In this document: positions 38,104-48,065 of the stretch, piece after piece
Numbering within the stretch: position 1 is the first letter of the stretch
How the letters are laid out: each line of letters begins with the position of its first letter
IMG/VR virus record: IMGVR_UViG_3300012979_000030
Coordinates: 32,001 to 96,000 of that record
Reading direction: 5' to 3' (one strand)
From: a virus
Taxonomy: Duplodnaviria; Caudoviricetes
DNA length: 64,000 bases
The notes under the pieces: generated by a model
Told to the model about the DNA's origin: nothing
Database searches by the model: none
Seen by the model: only the letters and a program-made list of their open reading frames with translations
Program-made: the position numbers and the translations under genes

Positions 38104-38796
38104 TTATAAAAACATTAAGAATAAACCAGATGTAAATCCAACAATCCATTCTGCTAATGATGTTGCACCATGTATTTGCATTTTTGTTGGGAATTTATTA
38201 AATAATTCTGGTTTTCTATCATATATCGACCAACAAATACTGTATATAACTGGAACCATTAATCCCATAAACAATATTCCCCATCCATATATTGGTGTTA
38301 ATAGTAATGTACAAGCGGTATATCTAATTGTCATCCATAATTTATCATAACCATATCCATACCACTCACTCTTTGGAACAATAAATTCACATATTTTATT
38401 CCACCATTCCTTTTTATATCTTTCTTTTAATTTTTCATCAGGTTGACCACCTCTTGACATATCAAATGCAGGTCCATGACCTCTTGCCCAAAATAATCCT
38501 TGAAAAACAATTGTAACATACAATGAAATTATATAACTTGAATATTCAACACATGAATTTGGGATTAACCAATTCATAAATTCTAATTTTGTAAATCCTT
38601 GTAAAAATAATATGGATAAAAATGTTATTAAACCACCAACTAAATGCTGAAATGCTCTAATATTATACCATTTATTTTCTTTTTCTTTACCACCAATATA
38701 TCCACCACCAAACCATCTTCTCCAACCAGATTCACACAATGAATATAAAACTTTTAACATAAAAAACATCACATCAATCATATTTAAAAACCTCAA
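38104..38796 (-). CDS. Multi-pass membrane protein
   Basis: Several hydrophobic helices; WRRWFGGG and RGHGPAFD motifs. Confidence 0.7.
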   Translation of the reverse strand: MRFLNMIDVMFFMLKVLYSLCESGWRRWFGGGYIGGKEKENKWYNIRAFQHLVGGLITFLSILFLQGFTKLEFMNWLIPNSCVEYSSYIISLYVTIVFQGLFWARGHGPAFDMSRGGQPDEKLKERYKKEWWNKICEFIVPKSEWYGYGYDKLWMTIRYTACTLLLTPIYGWGILFMGLMVPVIYSICWSIYDRKPELFNKFPTKMQIHGATSLAEWIVGFTSGLFLMFL

Positions 38797-38822
38797 ATAT
38801 ATAAGTTATTTAATCATTAAAA

Positions 38823-39272
38823 TTATAATGGACCATAGAAAAAATATAAGTATAATGATTGGTTTTGTGTTAAATTTGTAAGTGTTAACTCATAATAATA
38901 TGGTCCATCACCACTTACATCACAACCAGTTGCACTATACTCCATAACACCATTACCACTACTTTCTGGGTTAGAAGATAAATCTGTTAAATATAATGCT
39001 TTAACATTATTTCTATCAAATGTTATTGTAGTGGGGGTATCATCATAGTATTCATGTTGGTGTAAAACATTACCATTATCATCTGTTATCTTAAAATCAA
39101 CCACACCACTTCCATCATATGTTATTGTTAATGTTGCGGGTTGCTCTTCCAACACAACATCAATAACTTTATCACTATCAACAAAAACATTACCTTCAAC
39201 CGTTGAATAACCTTCTTTACTAACAATGTATGACATATATGCATTTGTTGGAACTATGATTGTTTTACTCAT
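38823..39272 (-). CDS. Virion protein beginning with a half PEGA-like domain
   Basis: ATG 39272 with GGAG RBS; MSKTIIVPTNAYMSYIVSKEGY...IDVVLEE. Confidence 0.65.
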   Translation of the reverse strand: MSKTIIVPTNAYMSYIVSKEGYSTVEGNVFVDSDKVIDVVLEEQPATLTITYDGSGVVDFKITDDNGNVLHQHEYYDDTPTTITFDRNNVKALYLTDLSSNPESSGNGVMEYSATGCDVSGDGPYYYELTLTNLTQNQSLYLYFFYGPL

Positions 39273-39282
39273 ATTATCTCCA

Positions 39283-41901
39283 TTACCTATAATATACAGG
39301 GTGTTTAAGTGATACAAATTGAACACCAAATACATCTGCATCTGATTCATAGACTGGTTCACAAATTACTTCATAAAATAAGAAATCTTTATTATACCAA
39401 TTATCACCATACTTGGTTTCTCTTTCATTCATCTTATTCAAATAGTATCTATTTGTTCCTGATTCATAATATCCCAAATCTAATGTTGGAAAATATTCCT
39501 TTGATAATTCTGTATTCAATTCATCAATATTTAAAACTTTTAAAATGTTTGCATCAAATTCAAAAACATCTCCTGTTTTAAATTCTTGTAAACATGAATA
39601 ATAAACAGAATTGTAAATTATAACATCACCAACATAATAATGTGTTTCTGATTCCCAATTCTTTGCTTTTTTTCTTTTCCATTCAGGCAATGATTCAACT
39701 TCATAATTTAAAAATCTTACATATAATGAACCATCTGTATCTGTTTTAACATCATCTTCTGTTATCAATGGTAGAACAATATCATATTCACTTGGAACAT
39801 TTGTAATTTCTATCTTTGTATTATTTCTATCCAAACATAATGGGTTTATTATCTTTTTTAAATAATATGGTTCACATGATTCATCCATTAATAAAAAACT
39901 ATTACCATTTTCATACAATTTTGAACCATCTACACCACAAGGATGAAACAAGATTTTTTTCATAAACACATTATTACTATCATATATACAATTGTGTTCA
40001 TATTTAACAATTTGATCATAATCATGTATATTCATATCATCTGATATTTTATATTCATTGGTTTTAATGTCTTTATACAAATAAACAATTCTGTTTATAG
40101 TTTTTATATCAAATAATTGTTGATTTCCTTGTGAATAATAATACTCACCACCAATTCTTTTAAGATATATCTTTTGTGATAAAATATCTCTCACATTTTT
40201 AAAGTTAAATACATTATATGTAACTCTTGGATTTGTCTTAATATCTCCATATATCTCTGCATTTGAATCATAAATTACATTATTGAAATTTAATTCTGAA
40301 TCTTTGTGTATCAATTCATCATCTTTCATTTGTTGTAATTTTAATTCAAAATCATAATTTCCATTTTTTATTTCTTTCCAATCATATGTTAATTCATCAA
40401 TCTCTTTGTAAAATACTTCATAATTTTCAATTGACTCACCATAATTATTAACCTGGGAATGTGTTAAACCAACGGTTTTTCCAAATCTAACTACTTGTGC
40501 ATTGCCAAAATCTAACATATGTGATAAAATTTCTCTATCATAACAACACAATGTTGCAACATGAATTTTTGGAAATGAATCAACAATAAAATTACTATTA
40601 TCACTTTTATACATAGTATTTGGATTAAATTGTGTCTTTATATCATTATATTCATCTCTGTATTCATTGTTTATTCTTAAATACAACTTTATTGAATTTT
40701 TTCCCAAACCTTGAGACAATTTCATAATAACATTTTTAATTGATGTTATGTATCTTGTTTCTGCTCTAATTGTAAATTTATATTCACCACTTTGTTGACT
40801 CTCTAAAACACCACCAAATACACCATTATCATTCAATATTAAACCTTTGGGTATATTTCCATCACAAAGATAATATTTTATTATTTCACCATCTTCGGTT
40901 GTTGGTGAGGGAAGATATCCAATAACTTCATTACCAATATAATAATTACCCAAATCAATTGTATCTTCTGTTGGCCAAACTATTTGATGTTCTTTTGATA
41001 CATCATTTGTTTTAATACTAAATTGTCTTGGTTCAGATTTTATTATTTCACCATCTGATAATTTTGTTGCAACAACATAGAAAAAATATTCATATAATTG
41101 AGTTGAAGTTATTGAACCCTCAATTCTACCTGTCATTGCATTTATATATAATCCAGGTGGCAATCTATATTCATCACCAAATGATTTATCCAACTCATAT
41201 GAAACTGTACTTACACCAGCAACATCATATGCAACAACTCTAAATGTTGAAATCTCACCAAATGATAAATTACCCAAATTTCCTGGTTCAGTTATCCAAA
41301 GTGGTTTAGTTGATGATGTTGGTTTAATGATATGTAATTTAATTGATTTTTTTAGTGATGGTGTATATTCTATACCATCAACATATACATTAACATCAAA
41401 AGTATAATCTGTTTTGTTTTCATCCAATACATTCACAGAACCATATAATACACCATCTGTATTAAATCTTAAACCTTGTGGTAACTCACCACCAATTTTT
41501 TTAAAAATTTCATTTCCATTTTTATTCAACAATTTTAATTGGACATTTACCTCAGTATACATTGTTATATCCAATGTTTCATCAACAGAAGCATCCCATT
41601 CCAATTGTTTGTTAATTGATTGTATTTCAAAATATCTATCACTAAAATCTATTTTTTGACCATATTCATCATATTCTGTTAATCTTATCGTTACATAATA
41701 ATTTTCATTTTTAACAATAGATGGTAAATTACCATAAATTCTAACATATCCATCACCCAATGTAATAGATACATTTTCAGGTAATGTAGATGATAAAATC
41801 TTCATATCTACTGTCAAGGCATTAAAATATGATTTATAATCAACCAATGAATTTTCATTAGCAACTATATTATGTTCCTCATCGTTCCATATAATAGACA
41901 T
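39283..41901 (-). CDS. Large structural protein with putative Ig (He_PIG-like) repeats, baseplate-associated
   Basis: Repeated GELPQGLRF.DGVLYG, LPPGLYINAMTGRIEG, IPKGLILNDNGVFGG and P.WITEPG.LG motifs. Confidence 0.7.
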   Translation of the reverse strand: MSIIWNDEEHNIVANENSLVDYKSYFNALTVDMKILSSTLPENVSITLGDGYVRIYGNLPSIVKNENYYVTIRLTEYDEYGQKIDFSDRYFEIQSINKQLEWDASVDETLDITMYTEVNVQLKLLNKNGNEIFKKIGGELPQGLRFNTDGVLYGSVNVLDENKTDYTFDVNVYVDGIEYTPSLKKSIKLHIIKPTSSTKPLWITEPGNLGNLSFGEISTFRVVAYDVAGVSTVSYELDKSFGDEYRLPPGLYINAMTGRIEGSITSTQLYEYFFYVVATKLSDGEIIKSEPRQFSIKTNDVSKEHQIVWPTEDTIDLGNYYIGNEVIGYLPSPTTEDGEIIKYYLCDGNIPKGLILNDNGVFGGVLESQQSGEYKFTIRAETRYITSIKNVIMKLSQGLGKNSIKLYLRINNEYRDEYNDIKTQFNPNTMYKSDNSNFIVDSFPKIHVATLCCYDREILSHMLDFGNAQVVRFGKTVGLTHSQVNNYGESIENYEVFYKEIDELTYDWKEIKNGNYDFELKLQQMKDDELIHKDSELNFNNVIYDSNAEIYGDIKTNPRVTYNVFNFKNVRDILSQKIYLKRIGGEYYYSQGNQQLFDIKTINRIVYLYKDIKTNEYKISDDMNIHDYDQIVKYEHNCIYDSNNVFMKKILFHPCGVDGSKLYENGNSFLLMDESCEPYYLKKIINPLCLDRNNTKIEITNVPSEYDIVLPLITEDDVKTDTDGSLYVRFLNYEVESLPEWKRKKAKNWESETHYYVGDVIIYNSVYYSCLQEFKTGDVFEFDANILKVLNIDELNTELSKEYFPTLDLGYYESGTNRYYLNKMNERETKYGDNWYNKDFLFYEVICEPVYESDADVFGVQFVSLKHPVYYR

Positions 41902-41904
41902 TTA

Positions 41905-42525
41905 TTAATATCCTTTTGATAATGATATTATCTTATCAATTTCTCCAATCATTTCATCACTTAAACAACAATCATTAGTTGCTGGTTCATCTGAATAACA
42001 ATCATCTGTGGCACAAATAGTAAATGTTGTTGGTTTACAATCATAGCGAGACATATCAACATCATAATTTGAAAAACAACTTGGTCTTAATGTTTCTATC
42101 TCACCACAATCATATCCTTTCCAAAATTGTTCTAATTCAGAGTTAGAAGCACCATAACCATTGTCTTTTTCATCTGTTATAATTTCACCAGCAACTAATG
42201 AATAATCCCTACCATCAGATGATAATTCTATATCATTTTCAGCATATTCTTGACCTAAATCATATGCATTTTGCAAATCTTCATCTGAATTCATATCTTC
42301 ATTTTTTGTTTGAACATCAGCAATTAAACAATCATATACTTCCATTGTTAATGGATTTGTTCCATCAGAAAATGCAACCAATTTCTCCATAACTTTGTGC
42401 ATTGCAACATCATCTTTAGCATCTTCATGCATAAATTCAAACAATCTCATCAACAATGACATTGATAAAATAATATTTTTATTATTTGTTTTATTATTAA
42501 TACTTCCTAAAACAGAATCTGACAT
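41905..42525 (-). CDS. Acidic hypothetical protein, probably late/virion
   Basis: LLMRLFEFMHEDAKDDVAMH motif; TATAAATA at 42559-42566 upstream. Confidence 0.6.
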   Translation of the reverse strand: MSDSVLGSINNKTNNKNIILSMSLLMRLFEFMHEDAKDDVAMHKVMEKLVAFSDGTNPLTMEVYDCLIADVQTKNEDMNSDEDLQNAYDLGQEYAENDIELSSDGRDYSLVAGEIITDEKDNGYGASNSELEQFWKGYDCGEIETLRPSCFSNYDVDMSRYDCKPTTFTICATDDCYSDEPATNDCCLSDEMIGEIDKIISLSKGY

Positions 42526-42571
42526 AATTACATCTCCTATTACATTCTTATATGTAATTATTTATAAAAAG

Positions 42572-42598
42572 AAACCCCATAGTAATGCTATGGGGTTT
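42572..42598 (-). terminator. Terminator after groEL
   Basis: AAACCCCATAG-taatg-CTATGGGGTTT. Confidence 0.75.
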
Positions 42599-42619
42599 TA
42601 TACAAACACTTATTAATTT

Positions 42620-44242
42620 TTACATCTGAGGATGTTTCATTAATTGATTCATTTTAATAATTTCATCAATATCATCAATGATTAAACCCTCTACTGTTAA
42701 TAGTGAACCTGCAACAGATGAACCATTTTCAAGAGCACATCTAACAACCTTGGTTGCATCAATAATACCTCTTTCCATTAAATCACAATATTCATCTTTA
42801 CTAGCATCATATCCAAAATTAAAGTCTTCATTCTCTTTAACTTTTTCAATTACAACTTCACCAGATTTACCTGCATTTTCTGCAATTACTTTTAATTGAG
42901 ATTCAATTGCTTTAATGACAATGGAATAACCAATTGATTCATCTTTTGATAAGTGTTCATGTGTACCAATCTCTTTGATGGATTTGATTAATGAAATACC
43001 ACCGCCAGGTAAGATACCTTCTTCTAATGCTGCTCTTGTTGCACAAACTGCATCATCAACACGGTCTTTGATTTCATTTAATTCAACCTCGGTTGCTGCA
43101 CCAACTCTAATAATTGCAACACCTGATACTAATCTTGCCAATCGTTCTCTTATTTTTTCTTTATCATATGCTGATTGAGAGTTTTCAATTTCTCCCTTGA
43201 TTTGTGTAACTCTTTCTTCAATAGTGTCATTATCACCCATACCATTGATAATAACTGTTTCATTTGGTGAAATTTTAATTTTACCACAACTTCCTAAAAC
43301 AGATACTCCAATCTTTTCTAAGTCATTACCTAAAATTGCAGATACAAATTGCCCACCAGTTAAAATTGCAATATCTTCCATTGTGGATTTTCTAATGTCA
43401 CCAAATGATGGTGCTTTTACAACACATGATTTTAATGTACCCTTTAAATGGTTTTGGATTAATGCACCCAATGCTGAATCATCCATTTCATCAACAATCA
43501 TTACTAATGGTCTTCCTGTATGTGAAACTTCTTCCAATAAAGGTAAAATTGATTTTAAGTTATTAATCTTGCCATCATATAAAAATATCAATGGATTATC
43601 AAATTCAACTGTTTGTTTTTCTAAGTTTGTCATAAAATATGGAGACAAATAACCTTGGTCAATTTGGAGACCTTCAACAAATTCTAACTCCGTTTTTAGA
43701 CCTTTTGCCTCTTCAACAGTTACAACACCCCATTTACCAACTCTATCAATTGCACTTGCAATCAATCCACCAATTTCTTCATCACCATTTGCTGAAATTG
43801 TTGCTAATTGTTTAATTTCTTCATTTGTTGTAATTTCTTTAGAATGTGATTTTATGGTATCAACTAAATCTCTAACTGCTAAATCAATGCCTTTTTTAAG
43901 TTGAACAGATTTGCAACCTCTGTCAATATATTTTAAACCTTCTTCTGCAATTGCTTCTGCAATAATACAAGTGTTTGTTGTTCCATCACCAGCATCTTTA
44001 CCAGTTTTTTCAGATGCTTGAATAATTAATTTGGCACCCTCACCCTCTTCTTTTGATAACTCAAAAGATTTAGCAACAGTAATACCATCTTTTGTGATTT
44101 TTGTTGCACCCCAAGGTTGTTGGATAGCAATTGTTCTACCACTAGGACCAGCAGTTGCTGAAACAGCTTCAGAAACTAATTTCATACCTTTAAACAATTT
44201 GGTTCTTGCTTCATCACCACTAATATATTTTTTAATTGTCAT
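42620..44242 (-). CDS. groEL: Chaperonin GroEL (Cpn60)
   Basis: ITKDGITVA, AGDGTT, ATISANGD, GYLSPYF, VKAPSFGD, EEGILPGGG; no GGM tail. Confidence 0.97.
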   Translation of the reverse strand: MTIKKYISGDEARTKLFKGMKLVSEAVSATAGPSGRTIAIQQPWGATKITKDGITVAKSFELSKEEGEGAKLIIQASEKTGKDAGDGTTNTCIIAEAIAEEGLKYIDRGCKSVQLKKGIDLAVRDLVDTIKSHSKEITTNEEIKQLATISANGDEEIGGLIASAIDRVGKWGVVTVEEAKGLKTELEFVEGLQIDQGYLSPYFMTNLEKQTVEFDNPLIFLYDGKINNLKSILPLLEEVSHTGRPLVMIVDEMDDSALGALIQNHLKGTLKSCVVKAPSFGDIRKSTMEDIAILTGGQFVSAILGNDLEKIGVSVLGSCGKIKISPNETVIINGMGDNDTIEERVTQIKGEIENSQSAYDKEKIRERLARLVSGVAIIRVGAATEVELNEIKDRVDDAVCATRAALEEGILPGGGISLIKSIKEIGTHEHLSKDESIGYSIVIKAIESQLKVIAENAGKSGEVVIEKVKENEDFNFGYDASKDEYCDLMERGIIDATKVVRCALENGSSVAGSLLTVEGLIIDDIDEIIKMNQLMKHPQM

Positions 44243-44251
44243 CCATTTCTC

Positions 44252-44539
44252 CTATCTAATAATACCTAAAATTTCTTCTTCTTTAAGAATAGTATATTCT
44301 ACACCATCTTCTTCAAATTTTTGTCCACCAAGTCTCAAAAAGAAAACTCTATCATTTGGTTTAACAGTTGTTGGTGTTAAAACACCTGTTTGTTCATGGA
44401 CTTTACCTGGACCAACAGTAATAACTGTTCCTGTTGATGGTTTTTCTTTTGAATTATCAGGAATATAAATTCCACCAGATGAAACTTCTTTTTCTTCATC
44501 TTTTTTAACTACAACATAATTAAATAAAGGTTCTAACAT
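44252..44539 (-). CDS. groES: Co-chaperonin GroES (Cpn10)
   Basis: PLFNYVVV...SSGGIYIPDNSKEKP..G.VITVGPG...EEEILGII. Confidence 0.96.
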   Translation of the reverse strand: MLEPLFNYVVVKKDEEKEVSSGGIYIPDNSKEKPSTGTVITVGPGKVHEQTGVLTPTTVKPNDRVFFLRLGGQKFEEDGVEYTILKEEEILGIIR

Positions 44540-44619
44540 ATGTATTTCTCCTCAATTATTATATAACTGAGTTATAATAACATATTATTTAAAGAATTAC
44601 AAAAATATTTTTTATTCAA

Positions 44620-45483
44620 TTAAAGCGGTGCATTAACCTTATGGGTTTCTATTGTTAGTGTTTGTGGTCCTTCAACAACTGTGTACCAATCCTGTTCAAC
44701 ATAAGGATATTCTGGATGGTCACCCCACTCATCATTTATTGTTATTCCAACACAACATGATAATCCCTCTGATTGCGTAGCAACCAATAAGTTGTCACCT
44801 GTATTACAGTTAATTGTTTTTCCATTTAATTCAGATGCTATTGATACTGGATTTGATACTTCACCACGTGTTCCACATGAATAATCACCAACAGAGCAAT
44901 ATACAAGTGGGATTCCACTTGTTTCTATTATGTTGAATGTAATAGATGCAGTATATGATGATAATTCTAATACAATGTTCTCTGTTGTATCTTCATTTAT
45001 AATCACAGAGGCAGATTGTGTAGTATATCCATCCTTACTTACACTATAATTAACAGAAGTTCCATTAGCTACCGTAATACTATTACCATCTTGTGTATAT
45101 CCATCTGCTGTTAAAGTAACTATTGCATCACTTGGTGTTGGATTAATTGTGAATGTGTAGTTTTCACCATTGGTTTTTTTAATAGTGTATTCAACTGTTG
45201 CATCTGATGGTGTTGTATTAATGACAACTGTTTTTGTATCCATAAAACCTACAACAATATAATCAAAACTTTTATATATATCGGTTTCTTTTGTTACATT
45301 ATTTGAAAATTTTGGTATAATAAAACCAGTCGTTGAAACAATTGGGTCAATAATACTTTGTTTTATATCTCCATTAATATCTTTCCAATATATATTAACA
45401 GATGGTTCAGAATCAAATTCAAAGTCAAATTCTTTTTCTATTTGATTATATGTATATGTTCCTGTTATAAATGATTCTGTCAT
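44620..45483 (-). CDS. Virion protein with a PEGA-like domain
   Basis: YTFTINPTPSDAIV...SITVANGTSVNYSVSKDGY...IVLE (complete domain) plus an extra VINTTPSDATV half. Confidence 0.65.
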   Translation of the reverse strand: MTESFITGTYTYNQIEKEFDFEFDSEPSVNIYWKDINGDIKQSIIDPIVSTTGFIIPKFSNNVTKETDIYKSFDYIVVGFMDTKTVVINTTPSDATVEYTIKKTNGENYTFTINPTPSDAIVTLTADGYTQDGNSITVANGTSVNYSVSKDGYTTQSASVIINEDTTENIVLELSSYTASITFNIIETSGIPLVYCSVGDYSCGTRGEVSNPVSIASELNGKTINCNTGDNLLVATQSEGLSCCVGITINDEWGDHPEYPYVEQDWYTVVEGPQTLTIETHKVNAPL

Positions 45484-45498
45484 ATTACACATCCCTTA

Positions 45499-45771
45499 TT
45501 ATGAAATTTCATATGTTGTTTCAATACTATCTGTATATGAATATATACCATCAGAGTTTATTACTTCAAATTCAACAATTGCATTTTCTGGTAATGTTTT
45601 TATAGTAAATGTATAATCTGTTGACACTTCCAAAATAACGGGTATTGTTTTTGTTTCATCAGCAATAATTTGGTTTCTCTTTGTTTTATAACCATCTGCT
45701 TCAACAGCATATCTAATTGTTGAACCTTTTGGTACTGTTATTTTATTTCCATCTTGTATATATATACTCAT
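45499..45771 (-). CDS. Small permuted PEGA-like protein
   Basis: QDGNKITVPKGSTIRYAVEADGY...ILE precedes YTFTIKTLPENAIV, so the halves are in reverse order. Confidence 0.65.
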   Translation of the reverse strand: MSIYIQDGNKITVPKGSTIRYAVEADGYKTKRNQIIADETKTIPVILEVSTDYTFTIKTLPENAIVEFEVINSDGIYSYTDSIETTYEIS

Positions 45772-45788
45772 GATTTAACCTTGTATTT

Positions 45789-46607
45789 TCATCCCTTAAT
45801 TGCTTTCAACAAATCATATACTGTTAATACTTCTTCTTTAAAATCTTCTGGGATACCATCAAATATTTTATCACCACCACTTGCTCTAACAAATTCTTTT
45901 GAATTACTTATTATTGTTTCATTGTTTATATTATCAACTGTTCCATAAACATCTAATTCAGTTGATGTATATGTTTTAAACCCAATTTCTGGATTTGGAA
46001 TTGTGTATATTTGTGTTTCTACTTGTTCAGTTATATTTGACCAACACCACGCTTTATTCAACCTATTTACAATGTTTGATAATGACATATCATTTGATAT
46101 TGCCCCATCATCTGTAATATAACATACCCATTCGGGGTGAAGATTGGCAATATCTTGTTCTTGATATTCTGCTAATGTCCCAACCCATGTATATGTTGTT
46201 GATTCACCATCAGCATTTTTATTTACAATACCAATAACTTGTAGTTCATCATTATCATTTTTTGTTATTGTTGTTTCATCAACTCCCATATATCCACTAG
46301 AACTAATCATTTTTGTTCCATCATAAACATATGAATATCCTGTGGATTTTGAAATATATATAATATCACTTTCTGGTATTATACCATTATCCCAACCATT
46401 ATTATATGTGAATATTTTATTATCGGTTGATGAATAATATCTATCACCATTTGTTGGGTTCAATGGTTCTTCACCAACAGATGACAACATTATAACATTT
46501 TCATCTTCAACAAAATATAATTCACCAACAGATGGTTCTATATCATTATATTGTTTTTTTGATAAAATGTTTATTTGTAAATTAGTTGTTGATATATCAG
46601 TTGACAT
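45789..46607 (-). CDS. Tail-fibre-like modular protein
   Basis: TTNLQINILSKKQY...ELYFV, P.NGDRYY, VDETTIT and WVGTLAEY modules. Confidence 0.65.
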   Translation of the reverse strand: MSTDISTTNLQINILSKKQYNDIEPSVGELYFVEDENVIMLSSVGEEPLNPTNGDRYYSSTDNKIFTYNNGWDNGIIPESDIIYISKSTGYSYVYDGTKMISSSGYMGVDETTITKNDNDELQVIGIVNKNADGESTTYTWVGTLAEYQEQDIANLHPEWVCYITDDGAISNDMSLSNIVNRLNKAWCWSNITEQVETQIYTIPNPEIGFKTYTSTELDVYGTVDNINNETIISNSKEFVRASGGDKIFDGIPEDFKEEVLTVYDLLKAIKG

Positions 46608-46691
46608 ATTGTTTCCTTAAATATTTGTATAAAATTATTTATTCTATGTTTTATATCATAAATATCTTTAACCAATGAATTAAGGAATATT

Positions 46692-47243
46692 ATGATTTTA
46701 AATCAAAATATGAAAGTATATGATGATGGGTATATAAAATTTAAATACTCCCAATATTGTAATTTAGTCAAGGAGAAACTAAGGACTCATCAAAAACCAC
46801 ATGATAGAAGGTATAAACAGGGGTTTTTTGTTCCTTTACACCCATCTAAATGTATGAATGTTATGGAAACAAGTGAACCACAAGTTATAGTTTATAGAAG
46901 TGATTGGGAAAGAAAATTTGCAGAAAAATGTGATGAAACACAATCTGTAATAAGATGGGGGTCAGAACTTGTAAAAATACTATATAAGAATCCAGTAAAA
47001 AACAAGATGTCTTTCTATGTCCCAGACTTTTACATAGAATATCTGGATACAAATAAGCAATTAAAAAAAATGTTAATAGAAATAAAACCAATGGGGCAAT
47101 CAAAATTAAGAGAGGCGAACAATGGTTATGATAAATTACAATTTGCCATTAACACTATGAAATGGGCAAGTGCAATTGATTTTTGCAAAAAAAGAAATAT
47201 AGAATTTAAAGTTATGACAGAAAGAGAACTAGGCATATATTAA
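46692..47243 (+). CDS. Head-completion nuclease (T4 gp4 / TnsA-N-like)
   Basis: QGFFVP.HP.K, YRSDWERKF..CD, WGSE, Y.PDF, IEIKP, N..KW..A..FC. Confidence 0.85.
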   Translation: MILNQNMKVYDDGYIKFKYSQYCNLVKEKLRTHQKPHDRRYKQGFFVPLHPSKCMNVMETSEPQVIVYRSDWERKFAEKCDETQSVIRWGSELVKILYKNPVKNKMSFYVPDFYIEYLDTNKQLKKMLIEIKPMGQSKLREANNGYDKLQFAINTMKWASAIDFCKKRNIEFKVMTERELGIY

Positions 47244-47797
47244 TCAATCATTGACCATAAATCAATTTCACATTTACTCATGTCTATGTCATCACTAGCA
47301 AATATACACTCAGGATATATGACTTCTTCACCAAATTCTTTTGAATATACTTTTGTTCTTGAATTTGACTTATTACCAATAGGCATAACTAATAAATTTT
47401 TCTTTGGTAATTTACCAACAAAATGTTCAATTGGATTTGGATTAATAGATTGTATTTCAACATCCATTATCTTTGGAACACCAGGACAAAAAGGATTAAA
47501 TACCGGTATTTGATTATCATAGTGTAATAATTCTTCAATTGGTGTCAAATGACATTGATAATCATGATCATTTGTTGCCAATACTCTCCAATTTAATGGT
47601 AACTCGATATTATATGTTCCACCAATCAGTAGTCTTACTGATGGATAACGGTAAGATATATATGTTGTGATTTTTTTAAAATAAAAATCTTGATATTCTT
47701 TATCTGCATAATCATAAACACATATTTTATTATCTATCAATTTACTGGATGGTTGATTTAAATCAAATCGTTCAAGTGGTGAAACCAAAACTTCCAT
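47240..47797 (-). CDS. Hypothetical protein in the helicase operon
   Basis: Intact ORF coupled to the upstream gene. Confidence 0.65.
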   Translation of the reverse strand: MEVLVSPLERFDLNQPSSKLIDNKICVYDYADKEYQDFYFKKITTYISYRYPSVRLLIGGTYNIELPLNWRVLATNDHDYQCHLTPIEELLHYDNQIPVFNPFCPGVPKIMDVEIQSINPNPIEHFVGKLPKKNLLVMPIGNKSNSRTKVYSKEFGEEVIYPECIFASDDIDMSKCEIDLWSMID

Positions 47798-48009
47798 TAT
47801 AAACCTCTCTTATTTTTTGTTATTTGTAATACCCATTCAAGTGCTTCAATTTGATTCTTAATAATATTATAGGTAACATCTTGTGTTAAAAGTATCGGTA
47901 ATCCATTTATAGAACTAATTGGAGTTCTATTATTCCAATGTTCTACATATTTTTCCAATCCAGCTTTCATTATTCTTATTTTATCTTTTATTTCTTCTTC
48001 TGTTTTCAT
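47797..48009 (-). CDS. Small hypothetical protein
   Basis: MKTEEEIK...QIEALEWVL; AGGTG RBS. Confidence 0.6.
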   Translation of the reverse strand: MKTEEEIKDKIRIMKAGLEKYVEHWNNRTPISSINGLPILLTQDVTYNIIKNQIEALEWVLQITKNKRGL

Positions 48010-48065
48010 ATTATACACCTATTATGTAATGAAGTTACATCACCTTTTTACATTTGTCAATAATA

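Noticed and set aside
46692-47243. Tn7 TnsA transposase
   Set aside because: No tnsB/C or transposon ends; the motifs and late-promoter context fit a T4 gp4-like head-completion nuclease of the same fold
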